DNA of 63,954 bases, filler included, from an uncultured Bacteriovoracaceae bacterium (lineage in GTDB: Bacteria; Bdellovibrionota; UBA2428), in assembly GCA_964636255.1 (NCBI GenBank). It is 7 parts of 7 records of this genome, joined end to end, with 100 filler letters (N's around TTAATTAATTAA, not from the genome) between each part and the next. Parts side by side here need not be neighbours in the genome. Positions count along the whole stretch, not along the records: positions 46,326 to 54,756 come from CAZWNW010000028.1; positions 54,857 to 60,985 come from CAZWNW010000029.1; 5 more parts are not named here. One strand, written 5' to 3'. Each line of letters begins with the position of its first letter. Positions within the stretch are counted from its first letter, which is position 1. Below the pieces are notes generated by a model, which ran no database searches, was not told the origin of the DNA, and was given only the letters and a program-made list of their open reading frames with translations. Below are positions 48,337 through 58,497 of the stretch, piece by piece. The translations under genes and the position numbers were made by a program.

Positions 48337-49409
48337 GTTCGGCTAAGAAATGGCAACAAGCTTTGCTTAAAGCAAAGGGAAGTACTCTGTTGGATGGTCT
48401 CAATAAATTAAACGAGGGCGTGCAAAAGATCGTTCTGGCCGTAGATGACCATAACCGATTGATCGGCGTACTTTGCGACGGAGATTTTCGCCGGGCTTTG
48501 GTACGTGGAGCAACACTGCAGTCTCCGTTAGAGGACGCCTTGAATAAAAATCCGATCAGCATCGGCGAAAATACTTCCGAGGTTTTGATTCGTAGACTTT
48601 TCAAGGACCACGCCGGCGTCTACCGAATCCCGATTTTGGATCGAGAGCGCCGGGTCCTGGGCATGCGCTATTTCGAGGAGCTGTCGGAAATTCCGGACCG
48701 ATCCAATCGCGTGGTGATCATGGCCGGTGGTCAGGGCTTACGCCTTCGTCCGCTGACCGAATCCACGCCAAAACCCATGCTTCCCGTGGGCGGACGCCCA
48801 ATGCTGGAGACTCTCGTCGAACGCTGTGTCGATGCGGGATATAAAAATTTCACTCTGAGCGTAAATTACTTGGCCGAAGTCGTTGAAAAACACTTTGGCG
48901 ACGGCGCGCGTTGGGGCGTGAAGATTGATTACGTGCGCGAATCCAAACGTCTGGGCACCGCTGGGGCCGTCGCAATGCTTGGCAATCTCGAGAACGACGT
49001 GGTTGTGATGAACGGAGATCTACTGACGACGCTCGATTTCGGCGCGTTACTGGATTTTCATTTAGATCACCAAGCTGCCGGTACCATGTGCGTAAAAAAA
49101 TACGACATCGAAATACCCTATGGCGTGGTCCAAGAAGAACTTGGCGTCATTGCTTCGCTCGAAGAAAAACCGGTTCAGACTTTTAACGTCAACGCCGGGA
49201 TTTATTGTCTGAGCCCCGCGGCACTGAAGCTAATTCCAACCGATGAATTTTTTGACATGCCCTCGCTCTTTCGTCGATTGATCGACACCCACCAGAAAAC
49301 GATTGTTTACCCCATTCATGACTACTGGATGGATGTCGGCAAGATCCAAGACTACAACCAAGCTGTTGAAGATTATCCGAAAGTTTTTGGAAGACACTAT
49401 GGAGAATGA
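48333..49409 (+). CDS. CBS-domain sugar-phosphate nucleotidyltransferase (PtmE-like)
   Basis: Two CBS motifs (LCDGDFRRAL); MAGGQGLRLRPLT..PKPML; typical of legionaminic acid clusters. Confidence 0.9.
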   Translation: MSSAKKWQQALLKAKGSTLLDGLNKLNEGVQKIVLAVDDHNRLIGVLCDGDFRRALVRGATLQSPLEDALNKNPISIGENTSEVLIRRLFKDHAGVYRIPILDRERRVLGMRYFEELSEIPDRSNRVVIMAGGQGLRLRPLTESTPKPMLPVGGRPMLETLVERCVDAGYKNFTLSVNYLAEVVEKHFGDGARWGVKIDYVRESKRLGTAGAVAMLGNLENDVVVMNGDLLTTLDFGALLDFHLDHQAAGTMCVKKYDIEIPYGVVQEELGVIASLEEKPVQTFNVNAGIYCLSPAALKLIPTDEFFDMPSLFRRLIDTHQKTIVYPIHDYWMDVGKIQDYNQAVEDYPKVFGRHYGE

Positions 49410-50091
49410 GCAAAATAATATTGCTTTAATCACAGCGCGCGGCGGATCAAAGACCTTGCCAGCCAAAAACCTGCGGGTATTTGGAGGTAAGCCCATGACC
49501 GTTTGGTCGATTGAAGCCGCGCTAAAATGCCCGAAAATTCGCAAAGTATACGTGTCAACTGATTCACCGCAAATCCGTGAAGTATGTCTGGCGGCAGGAG
49601 CACAAGTACCGTTTTTGCGTCCCACAGAGTTGGCAACCGACACTTCCCATTCAATAGAAGTGATCATGCATTTTCTTGATTGGGCGCAGACTAATCACGT
49701 CCCCATCGATACGTTGACGCTGCTCCAACCCACCTCCCCCTTGCGCACCAGCGAGGACTTGAGGGGGGCCTTGGATCTTTTTTACGAAACAGGGGCCTCA
49801 TCGGTGGTATCGGTGACGGCCTCCAAGTGGCCTCCCGAAATGCTGTTGAGGTTGAATCCGGACTGCGACCTAGGGCATTTTATTCCCCAGACAATGCTCC
49901 GTCAGCAACAAGAAACATGGTACCAGCTTAACGGTGCTCTCTACGTCGCGCGACCGGAGACCTTGCGCAAAACTAAAAGCTTTTTCGGTCCACGTACACG
50001 AGCTTACATCATGCCCAAGGAGCGGAGTGTAGATATCGATGACGCCATTGATTTTACCATTGCCGAGGCTTTGTTAAGGGCCGATGTATAA
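49399..50091 (+). CDS. neuA: Acylneuraminate cytidylyltransferase (NeuA/LegF)
   Basis: ARGGSKTLPAKN, VSTDS, LLQPTSPLR, NGALY, SVDIDD; ATG at 49399. Confidence 0.92.
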   Translation: MENEQNNIALITARGGSKTLPAKNLRVFGGKPMTVWSIEAALKCPKIRKVYVSTDSPQIREVCLAAGAQVPFLRPTELATDTSHSIEVIMHFLDWAQTNHVPIDTLTLLQPTSPLRTSEDLRGALDLFYETGASSVVSVTASKWPPEMLLRLNPDCDLGHFIPQTMLRQQQETWYQLNGALYVARPETLRKTKSFFGPRTRAYIMPKERSVDIDDAIDFTIAEALLRADV

Positions 50092-50136
50092 AGTCCCCTT
50101 CTGGATTTTTCAAAGAGATGTTGATGAACTAAAACG

Positions 50137-50919
50137 ATGATTATGTTCAAATTCTTCCAGGAGCTTTATCTCAAGCACTCGATCGTAAAGTTCCTTGTGC
50201 GCAGCCGTCTAAAGGAAGACTATTCTAATAAATTTCTAGGTTTTTTTTGGTCCATTCTAGACCCTCTCGCACTCATGATCGCTTACTATATTTTGGTGCA
50301 ATACATCTTCCAGCGAGGCTCCGAAAATCTTCCTGCTCTCCTTTTTTCTGCCCTCTTAGCCTGGAAATCTTTCGGCGCATCACTTTCAGAATCAGTAACT
50401 ACACTCACGGGGCGATCTAAGATCATTCTAAGTGTTGCGTGCCCAAAGGCGGTGTTTCCGTTGTCTGGAGTTATTACGCATTTCATTCGGTATCTTTTCG
50501 GAATGCTAGCGCTAATTCCAATTTTGGCTTTATTTGGAATCACGCCCGGCTTCAGCTGGTTTTGGTTGCCCCTGCTAATGGTACTGCAACTCATGATGAC
50601 GTTTGGTCTATCGCTCTTTTTCTCAATCGTGGGTGTGTATTTTACAGACATTTCAAACGTGATTTCGCTTCTGCTTCGCTTTCTGCTTTATGCATGCCCG
50701 ATTATTTACATGGCCCGCGATCGAGTTTCTGCGAAGCACTTGGACTATTACATGCTGAATCCTCTAGCGCCGCTTTTCGAATCTTATAAATCAGTGCTGG
50801 TTTTACGCGAAGCTCCTTCAGCTTTTCTACCGTGGACCGCAGTTTGTGCGACGGCTATTCTTGTATTCGGCGTTTATTTTTTCCGCCATTTTGAACACAG
50901 GGTAACGAAATCATTATGA
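50137..50919 (+). CDS. wzm: Polysaccharide ABC exporter permease (Wzm/TagG type)
   Basis: LGFFWSILDPL, YACPIIY, LNPLAPLFE; six TMs. Confidence 0.9.
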   Translation: MIMFKFFQELYLKHSIVKFLVRSRLKEDYSNKFLGFFWSILDPLALMIAYYILVQYIFQRGSENLPALLFSALLAWKSFGASLSESVTTLTGRSKIILSVACPKAVFPLSGVITHFIRYLFGMLALIPILALFGITPGFSWFWLPLLMVLQLMMTFGLSLFFSIVGVYFTDISNVISLLLRFLLYACPIIYMARDRVSAKHLDYYMLNPLAPLFESYKSVLVLREAPSAFLPWTAVCATAILVFGVYFFRHFEHRVTKSL

Positions 50920-51641
50920 ACCAGGTGTCGCTCAAAGAAGTTTCCATCGTCTTTAAAAAGAACCGCTTGAAACGTGGCAAGTTAAAACATGCATTGAGTG
51001 GACTACGAAGGCAGTATTCCCTGGCTCCTTACTATGCGCTCAAAAAAGTTTCTCTTGATCTTCGCGACGGAGAAACGCTGGGCGTGGTGGGCAAAAATGG
51101 TGCGGGGAAAAGCACCCTTCTAAGACTTCTGGCGGGCGTTTATGTTCCAGACGAGGGAAGTATCACTCGCGCGGGCACGATTTCATCTCTGCTTTCTCTT
51201 GGTACCGGCTTCCAGCCGTCTTTGACCGGGTACGACAATATATTTCTGAATGCACTACTATTAGGTCTGAAGGAACCTGAGGTTTTTCAGAAGATTCCCG
51301 AGATTATTGAATTTTCTGAACTGGGCGACGCAATACATGATCCGATCAAAACCTATTCATCGGGAATGGCCACGAGACTTGGTTTTTCAATAGCCGCCAA
51401 TATCAAAAGTGACATCATTTTGATCGATGAAGTGCTTGGAGTCGGCGACAAAGACTTTAAGAAAAAATCCCAGGAGAAGCTCGAGCAGCTTCTCGGTGAA
51501 GCGCGGTCGGTAGTGATCGTTAGCCATTCAATGGAGGACATCCGCCGGTATTGCTCGCGTGTGATCTGGCTTGAACAAGGCCAAATTATCAAGGAAGGTC
51601 CTACAGAAGAAGTTATTAAGGCCTATGAGCGAGATCAGTAG
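50916..51641 (+). CDS. wzt: Polysaccharide ABC exporter ATPase (Wzt/TagH type, no C-terminal binding domain)
   Basis: GKNGAGKST, TYSSGM, IDEVLGVGD, VSH. Confidence 0.92.
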   Translation: MNQVSLKEVSIVFKKNRLKRGKLKHALSGLRRQYSLAPYYALKKVSLDLRDGETLGVVGKNGAGKSTLLRLLAGVYVPDEGSITRAGTISSLLSLGTGFQPSLTGYDNIFLNALLLGLKEPEVFQKIPEIIEFSELGDAIHDPIKTYSSGMATRLGFSIAANIKSDIILIDEVLGVGDKDFKKKSQEKLEQLLGEARSVVIVSHSMEDIRRYCSRVIWLEQGQIIKEGPTEEVIKAYERDQ

Positions 51642-53076
51642 CGCCAGACCTCAAATTATAATGCTCGTGAGAAATGGCATCCGTGGAGATTCTCGTGTTC
51701 AAAAGACGGCTTTGTCGTTAGCGAAGTTAGACCCCAGCTGTATATTGATAGGTTTCACGACAAAACAAGGTCAGGGCGGTTTTGGGAAAATTGATGGTTG
51801 TTCCACTCTTCTACTGGAATCAACTGCATTTGATGCGCCGCCAAATCTAGCTTTTATTCAGCAGTTCATTTCAAAAACTTCGCCTTTATTTAGTCGCCGG
51901 TTAGTTGCCAATCTTTCCGCTATTCTTAGAACTTATTTGGCCTCTTTTTCCATGCAGCAAGGCTTGCAGAACTTGTTGCGAGGTGCAGGGACGAGGATCC
52001 TACTGGTCCTTCTTCTCGGATGGGAAAAAATTCTAAGTTTCATTCCTAAGGTTAACCTAGGATCAAATGAAGCTCTGGCCCATGAAATCAAACTCAATCG
52101 CGACTTCGCCCAACAAATCCTACCCCTTTTGAAACAAACAAGACCCAGAATCGTGCATTTACATGATTTTCATTGCGCGGATGTAGGCCTTCAACTCATG
52201 GAAGCGTTGGGGCCAGACTCGAAGAAAATAAAATGGATTTATGATGCTCACGAAGACATGTCGGGCATGGACCAGATCCCCAAATCCGTTCGGGAGCACT
52301 ACCTCACCTGTGAGGAAAAAATTTTCCCTCTTGTTGATAAGATCTTAACCGTTTCTCCCTCCTTAGCAGGAAATATTGAGCGTCGTAGCAAAAGAATCAG
52401 CAGTACACGAGTTATTTTAAACTGCCCTCAAAACGATGAAAATGTTAAGTCTTCGGTGAACCTTCGAAGTGCGTTGAAGATTGCAGCGGATGATATACTG
52501 ATGGTCCATTCGGGAAATATCAATACTCGTCGAGGGAGCGCTTTTTTGGTAGCCTGCCTACCTTTACTTCCCCAGAATTTGAAGTTGGTATTTCTTTGTA
52601 ACAATGATTCCCAGTTTAGAAAACTCGAACGCAGCGCAAAACTCCTAGGGGTTGCAGATCGCCTGCTAAGTCATCCCTACGTTCCGCAAGATGAGGTGGC
52701 TCGATTTCTGCGGACGGCGGATTTCGGGGTACTAGCGACCACCCATCATGGGAATGCCGAGGTTTCGTTGCCAAACAAACTATTTGAGTATATCCAAGCC
52801 GGCATCCCGACCCTTACAAGTGACATTCGCGAAGCCGCCGATTTCGTAAAACGCAAGAAGATTGGTCATGTCTTTGTCGCCAACGACTGGCAATCATTTG
52901 TGGAGGCTGCCCGCCGAATGATAAGTGATCTACCTGAGTTTCGCGTTAGGTTTCGAGAAGAGCGGGAGTATTTTAGAAGGACATGGTCTTGGGAGGCACA
53001 AGAGAACACCTTACTTGAAGTCTATCGAGAACTTTTTGCAGCCCAACCAAATATTTCCGCCAACGAGGATATTTGA
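51625..53076 (+). CDS. Glycosyltransferase family 4
   Basis: DSRVQK, HLHD, IYDAHE, LPNKLFEYIQAGIP, WSWE. Confidence 0.88.
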   Translation: MSEISSARPQIIMLVRNGIRGDSRVQKTALSLAKLDPSCILIGFTTKQGQGGFGKIDGCSTLLLESTAFDAPPNLAFIQQFISKTSPLFSRRLVANLSAILRTYLASFSMQQGLQNLLRGAGTRILLVLLLGWEKILSFIPKVNLGSNEALAHEIKLNRDFAQQILPLLKQTRPRIVHLHDFHCADVGLQLMEALGPDSKKIKWIYDAHEDMSGMDQIPKSVREHYLTCEEKIFPLVDKILTVSPSLAGNIERRSKRISSTRVILNCPQNDENVKSSVNLRSALKIAADDILMVHSGNINTRRGSAFLVACLPLLPQNLKLVFLCNNDSQFRKLERSAKLLGVADRLLSHPYVPQDEVARFLRTADFGVLATTHHGNAEVSLPNKLFEYIQAGIPTLTSDIREAADFVKRKKIGHVFVANDWQSFVEAARRMISDLPEFRVRFREEREYFRRTWSWEAQENTLLEVYRELFAAQPNISANEDI

Positions 53077-54707
53077 TAGTGGGATTGGTTTTCTGACTCC
53101 CGAAATGATTCAGCAAATTGTATCTGTCTGTCGGCAAGTTTTTGCAAATCAGACTCATTCGCACCCTCTGCTAAAGCGGCCGCCCAGCCTCTGCGGATAT
53201 GATTTTCAAAGAATTGTGCGCCCGATGAACTCAAGAGAAGGGACGGCACTCCCATTCCAGCTGCCTCAATTACGGTACTTGAATAATGGGTCACATGAAG
53301 TTTGCATCGGGATAGTAAAAGCGGAAGCGGCAATGTTGAGGCTAGGTGCACGTTGAAATTGCGGATCTGATTAAATAACATTTGTTCAATCCGAGCTTGA
53401 AGTTGCCCATCATGAGCATGCTTTGGATGGAGTCTAAAGAACACGAAAACGTCTTTGGAATTCGCCCACCGTAGGAATAAAGAAAGCCGTTCATCAATGT
53501 TACTGTCTTGGGCTGAAAATAACACAGCCCTTCCATTGCAACGATTGATAAGACTCTGAATTGCTCCAACTGATTTCTTCAGCCACTCTTGAGTTTCCAA
53601 CACCGAGCCGTCTGATTTAATCCTTTCACCATTTAAATAGTCAAAAAACCGAAGCCAACTGATGCCGATCACATGACTTTCGATACCGAAAGATTCGCCC
53701 CAGCGACGAATGTTTTGACTGTCCTCGGTGGTCCAATTCAAGAAGTGGGTTGGCCACACATTGTAAACATGATCTCTTGAATTCCAGGAATAGGCGTGAT
53801 GTCTCGGCCCCTGAACCCCATGCTGAACGTCGATGCTTTTTAGTCCCAGCTCCCGAGCAACAGCGCTGATGGCAAAGCCTAGGGGTGAGTAATAGCTGAG
53901 ATGAAAAATGCCCTTCAAATTGGGCTTGCCGCGCCACCGCTTTCGAAAATAGCGCACATAAAACAAGGTCCGGTGTAAAAAAGCACTTACACGGAATTTT
54001 GTAATAGTGAAATCTCCGTTGATGTGGTTTTCAAGTTCCTCATAGAACTCATTAAACTGTGGCAATATCTTTTCAAGTTTGATCGGGAACAAAAGTGAAA
54101 GGGCGTGGGCCCGTTGGTTGAGCGCCAAGAGTGGTTCCGGTTTTCCTAAGAGAGAATTCTTCCGCCGAGGGTCTAGGTGTCCGCATAGGTGAATGAAGCT
54201 GGCACAGTCGAACCCATCATTCTCCAGCGAGCCGCGGAGATGGTCGAGATGGTGCTGAATCCATCGTCCATTCAATTCATAGGAGGCAGTGCGGTTGCCG
54301 ATGAAATAGACGGCAGAATCTGGCCAAATAGGTTCTCTCTCGAAAAGCGATCTCAGGAGTTGAGTAAGAAAGTTTTTTGTCCCCATAAGAGGTCTGAGAA
54401 CAAAACGTTTTGTGAGTCGATGGCGCCATTTGAGAGGAACCGCGATTTTAGTTTGTGGACGATTGTAATGAACCGAAGCTGTTGTGAGAAAAAGAGAGCG
54501 TATTTGTGGCCATACATGGATGCCTTCCAGCTTCCAATTTGAAACGGGATATCTCTCTTCTAATTTATCGAAAAACGCTTGTAGCTGGGTGAACCTGTCG
54601 CCACTTCCGAGCTCTGGCATGTGAAAGCTTATAGGCCGCTCATCCTTGCGAATCAAATCAGCTTTGCCCCATGATTGCTCCAAGACTGGGTCCGGTTTAA
54701 CATGCAT
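53022..54707 (-). CDS. Putative capsule/nonulosonate transferase (GT-B, sialyltransferase-like); true start may be 54620
   Basis: DVQHGVQG, FRLHP, HVTHYSSTVIEAAGMGVP; lies in the neu locus. Confidence 0.6.
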   Translation of the reverse strand: MHVKPDPVLEQSWGKADLIRKDERPISFHMPELGSGDRFTQLQAFFDKLEERYPVSNWKLEGIHVWPQIRSLFLTTASVHYNRPQTKIAVPLKWRHRLTKRFVLRPLMGTKNFLTQLLRSLFEREPIWPDSAVYFIGNRTASYELNGRWIQHHLDHLRGSLENDGFDCASFIHLCGHLDPRRKNSLLGKPEPLLALNQRAHALSLLFPIKLEKILPQFNEFYEELENHINGDFTITKFRVSAFLHRTLFYVRYFRKRWRGKPNLKGIFHLSYYSPLGFAISAVARELGLKSIDVQHGVQGPRHHAYSWNSRDHVYNVWPTHFLNWTTEDSQNIRRWGESFGIESHVIGISWLRFFDYLNGERIKSDGSVLETQEWLKKSVGAIQSLINRCNGRAVLFSAQDSNIDERLSLFLRWANSKDVFVFFRLHPKHAHDGQLQARIEQMLFNQIRNFNVHLASTLPLPLLLSRCKLHVTHYSSTVIEAAGMGVPSLLLSSSGAQFFENHIRRGWAAALAEGANESDLQKLADRQIQFAESFRESENQSHYQISSLAEIFGWAAKSSR

Positions 54708-54756
54708 TGCGCAATGAAAAAGGTGGCAATGCTGACGATCAATGCGGGATCGAATG

Positions 54757-54856
54757 NNNNNNNNNNNNNNNNNNNNNNNNNNNNNNNNNNNNNNNNNNNN
54801 TTAATTAATTAANNNNNNNNNNNNNNNNNNNNNNNNNNNNNNNNNNNNNNNNNNNN
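54757..54856. other. Artificial contig linker
   Basis: N-TTAATTAATTAA-N. Confidence 0.97.
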
Positions 54857-54907
54857 AGCTCTACACTTTAGGGGGCTCAAGTGATCCAGTTTCCGGGGCG
54901 CACTTCA
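54857..54907 (-). mobile_element. Terminal segment of an IS3-family (IS150-like) insertion sequence
   Basis: Identical in reverse complement to 46172-46222. Confidence 0.8.
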
Positions 54908-55254
54908 GTTCAGCATGAAGTGTGTCCACCCTTCGCTGCAGCTGATGTGCCAAGCTGCCATTGCCGACGCGTTTGTGGCATATCTAACTTATGCAGATGC
55001 AAGCGGGTCTGATCTGGACCCAAAACTTCGGAGTACAGAGTGACTTTTACCGGAGGCAGTCCCAGCCCGTGAATCTCCGAACGAGTTCCAAAGGTGAAGG
55101 AAATAGTATCCTCGTTAAGTTGCAGCACCCGCCCCTCCATGGATTCACAGTCTTTCCGTCTCGGCCGCGTCCAAGACTGCATAACTTCTTGCCGAGGCTT
55201 ATGAATCTCAATCTTTTTTCGAAACTGGCTCCAATCGCAGAATTCGATCTTCAC
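54908..55254 (-). pseudogene. SRPBCC/AHA1-like gene, frameshifted and truncated by the IS
   Basis: DWSQFRKKIEI...VMQSWT start; family-like C-terminus WHISCSEGWTHFMLN appears in a shifted frame and stops at the IS end. Confidence 0.6.
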
Positions 55255-55344
55255 CTGCTTTAAGCGGACCCAAGTTTCATAAAGGATATTTTGTCACTCT
55301 GATACCCAAAATCGGCGAAGAAAAAGGCTAAAATACACTCCTGA

Positions 55345-57090
55345 ATGATAGCACAGTGCACATTTGTAATTTTTCTATCTGCGCTTTTTCTGTTTTTCAT
55401 TCCAAATTTTGGAAATCCTTTTTTACTCAAAAGGGAGATTCTGATTTTTGGGCTATCGACAATTCTCTTTTTCCATCTGAAACTTCCAACAAGAGTAGGT
55501 CACGCAATCAAGGCTCGCCCGAAATCACTCCACCTTGCTCTCTTACTCCTTCCCCTTGCGTCCTTCGCTTCAAGCTTAGGAGCGTCCAATGCCTTCGAGG
55601 CTTTTCTGCAAACCGTTTCACTGTTTCTTGCTACGCAACTTACGTTGCTACTGGCGACCTGCCAGCAAACAAGGGCGGTGCTCCAGTCCACCTTTTTAAA
55701 CTTTGTTCCTTTATGGATTTCAGCTTTATCATTGCTAGCAGTGCTACAATTCTTTTGGGGGGAAGTTTTTCATTTCGGGCTCCTTGCGAAGGGAAAAATG
55801 GGAGTTTTTTCCACTCTTGGAAACCCGAATTACTTGGCTTTCTTTCTTTTAAGCTTAGTTCCCATTCAGCTTCACTTGACTCGAAGAACGCAGCACGGGG
55901 CAGGGCGTTGGCTGCAGCCACTAGCACTGGGGCTGGGCGTGATGGCCCTTCTAGCAACACGTTCACTTTCGGCCTATCTTGCTATAGCCGCGCTCACGCT
56001 ATGCACTGTGCTATCGAAGTGGCCGAGACGCGCTGGGGCTGGCCTAGCTATTTTTCTTATTTCGACTCTCATCGCGCAGTCCCTCAGCCACAGCGGGAGA
56101 GGGCGCTATTTTATCTGGGCACAAAGTCTTTCTATTTGGTTCGATCAACCTTTTCTCGGTACAGGAGCTGCCAATTTTGGAGTGCATCAGCTTGGTGCAC
56201 AAGCCAAGGTCTTTCAGTGGGAAGTTTTTAAGAGCGGCTTCGAGCATAACGCTCTTTTTAGCTTTGATGCTCACAACCACTATCTGAACGTCCTGGTGGA
56301 AGGCGGTCTGCTGATGTTTATTTTGTGGTCGATACTTATCTATGGGGCACTCCAAATCTCTAGGCCGTCTCCTTTCAAAAAAGCTCTTTTATTGCAATTG
56401 ATTTTCTTTATATGGAATGCACCGCTCGGCGATGCGGCGATGCTTGCCCTGTTTTTCTTGAACCTTGGTTTTTGTTTACCTCTAGGACCGCGATCCCCAT
56501 GGTTTGATACGCCAAGGTTAAAGGCGAGCGCAGCATGGGGGTTGACTCTTCTCTGTCTGTTTCTCGGTGCCTATAGGCTGACCACACAGAGTATTTCGCA
56601 GTTCCTCGAGGGACGGGCTGACGTGAGTCTTGGAAATGGTTTCGGAACGAAGGCTGCAAGAGATTACAAAGACGTTGTTCGGCTTTCGCCAGAAAACGGG
56701 TATGCTTTTGAAAAACTTGCCATAGCTGAATTTTTTGCGGGCGATTTTCGTGCGGCGCTGGCAAATCTTGAAATCGCCGAAAGACTTTATGGCGACGTCG
56801 GAATTATATACCTCCAAGCTGACATTTACGCCAGGCTCGGGATTTATCGTCCGAGCCTAAATCTTTTCCGCACGATTGAGTCCGCTTTCCCTTCGCATGT
56901 CACGCCGGCTTTCATGACAGGGCAGATTTTCTACCGTTTGGGCGATCACGATAGGGCGAGACGCAGTTTCGAGCGGGTGATTCAAATAGTGCCGTCCCCG
57001 ATAAACAAAAAGTTGGATCACGGGAAAGTTAAGACTCAAAAAATTTTGGCAGAGAGCTATCTCTCAACCTTAAGCCTAAAGGGTTTCTAA
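55345..57090 (+). CDS. O-antigen ligase / O-oligosaccharyltransferase (Wzy_C) with TPR tail
   Basis: STLGNPNYLA, TRSLSA, GRYFIW, PFLGTG..NF, AHNHYLNVLVEGG; C-terminal TPR-like helices. Confidence 0.88.
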   Translation: MIAQCTFVIFLSALFLFFIPNFGNPFLLKREILIFGLSTILFFHLKLPTRVGHAIKARPKSLHLALLLLPLASFASSLGASNAFEAFLQTVSLFLATQLTLLLATCQQTRAVLQSTFLNFVPLWISALSLLAVLQFFWGEVFHFGLLAKGKMGVFSTLGNPNYLAFFLLSLVPIQLHLTRRTQHGAGRWLQPLALGLGVMALLATRSLSAYLAIAALTLCTVLSKWPRRAGAGLAIFLISTLIAQSLSHSGRGRYFIWAQSLSIWFDQPFLGTGAANFGVHQLGAQAKVFQWEVFKSGFEHNALFSFDAHNHYLNVLVEGGLLMFILWSILIYGALQISRPSPFKKALLLQLIFFIWNAPLGDAAMLALFFLNLGFCLPLGPRSPWFDTPRLKASAAWGLTLLCLFLGAYRLTTQSISQFLEGRADVSLGNGFGTKAARDYKDVVRLSPENGYAFEKLAIAEFFAGDFRAALANLEIAERLYGDVGIIYLQADIYARLGIYRPSLNLFRTIESAFPSHVTPAFMTGQIFYRLGDHDRARRSFERVIQIVPSPINKKLDHGKVKTQKILAESYLSTLSLKGF

Positions 57091-57096
57091 TGGTCC

Positions 57097-58497
57097 CTAC
57101 TCGACGCTTTCCTGCGGTAGCACCATTGTAGGAATTTTTTTCGCCTCATCTAAGGGAAGATCTATTTCTTTCCATTGACCCTCACTTGAGCCAGTTGATG
57201 GCGTAAACTCTACCTTGAAGGCCCTTCCGTTTGATTCTGCGGCAAAGATCTGTTCAGGCGTTGAAAACCAAAGCGTGTCCTGAACGGCCTGCTTGCCGAG
57301 AATCGGCGAATGGTCAAAAACAAGAAGATTCTTCCATTCCGATTTTGCGTCCTTCATATATTTAAGGACATAGGGGCTTCCGCCGCTCACATCATATGAG
57401 CTTCCGACCCACGTCATGTTGTCGGCAGAGGCAAGTGTCTGCCAATCGAGCTCCGCCTTCCCGAAAGTCGGGCACTCGTAACCCTCTGTGGGTGCTGGAG
57501 AGAATTCCAAAGTGTCCGTGTGAATGCGCGAGTGGCAACTGATGTGGACGAAACCATCTTTTACTATCCAACGGTCGCTTCCATAGAATTCATCATGCAA
57601 GTTTAGATCTAGTGATCTCCACATTTTCAATTTGAGTCCGATCCTAGAAAAACCGGAAAACCAGGTTATTCGAGATTGTGGACTACCATACTCGTCGTTG
57701 GGATCGGTAAAGTAGGAGCTCAACTCGAAAAAAATGCTCTCGTCAGAGGCTCCTTTGGGGGAGACCTGGAAAGCATGATGGAAATTTTCAGCCGGGCTTG
57801 TGGATTGCCATTCCGGTTTTGTCTGATAATTGATCCTGAATATATCAGCTTGATTTTTTATTGCATCAAGATACAAGATCCGATCGCTGTCCGAAAGACG
57901 GGAAGAAGAAATCCACGCGCCGACTGTCGTGCATGATCCAAACCAGAACTGGTCTGAAGGCAAAACATTTGCTGCCTCTAGTGGCTTCGATTCGAAAAGG
58001 ATTATTTGTCGTGTCTTCAGGTCGTAGCGAGCCACCTTGCTTCGCTCCGCCACCGAGCCTAGCCAGATATCGGTGCCACACTGAATAATCGGGCGAAAGC
58101 CTTTCAGGTTCGTCCAAATCTTTGATTTGGTATCAATTCGAATCCAAGATCCCTCGCCTGGGAAGAAAAGATCGGATTCGTGTCGATAGACTTCGCCGTA
58201 TCGAAATGAATGCGGAAGGCTTGCAGCGTCCCAACTTGAATCAGAACTGACTCCGCTGATTTTCTCTACGAAGTCGATTTTTAGATCCGGAAGCGGCAGT
58301 CTCTCAACTGTTTCTGGGGCTGGAGGGCTGCTTTTGGAGCTTCCAAAGTCAATTGAACTTACTTCGTTAGTGGAATAGATGTCTGCATCTTCAGAGTTCG
58401 AGGGCTGTCCAAAGAAACCTTGATACTGCATGTAGGCCGCAGTTCCACCTAAAAGACTAATGCCGAGTGCAAGCGTCAAATAGCTCCTCCTTTTCAC
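57097..58497 (-). CDS. Hypothetical membrane-anchored beta-rich protein
   Basis: N-terminal TM, Trp-rich beta strands, coupled to the VanW gene. Confidence 0.7.
   Translation of the reverse strand: MKRRSYLTLALGISLLGGTAAYMQYQGFFGQPSNSEDADIYSTNEVSSIDFGSSKSSPPAPETVERLPLPDLKIDFVEKISGVSSDSSWDAASLPHSFRYGEVYRHESDLFFPGEGSWIRIDTKSKIWTNLKGFRPIIQCGTDIWLGSVAERSKVARYDLKTRQIILFESKPLEAANVLPSDQFWFGSCTTVGAWISSSRLSDSDRILYLDAIKNQADIFRINYQTKPEWQSTSPAENFHHAFQVSPKGASDESIFFELSSYFTDPNDEYGSPQSRITWFSGFSRIGLKLKMWRSLDLNLHDEFYGSDRWIVKDGFVHISCHSRIHTDTLEFSPAPTEGYECPTFGKAELDWQTLASADNMTWVGSSYDVSGGSPYVLKYMKDAKSEWKNLLVFDHSPILGKQAVQDTLWFSTPEQIFAAESNGRAFKVEFTPSTGSSEGQWKEIDLPLDEAKKIPTMVLPQESVE

Noticed and set aside
55356..56231. 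291-aa overlapping ORF
   Set aside because: Off-frame inside the O-antigen ligase gene; Ser/Cys-rich by-product of hydrophobic codons
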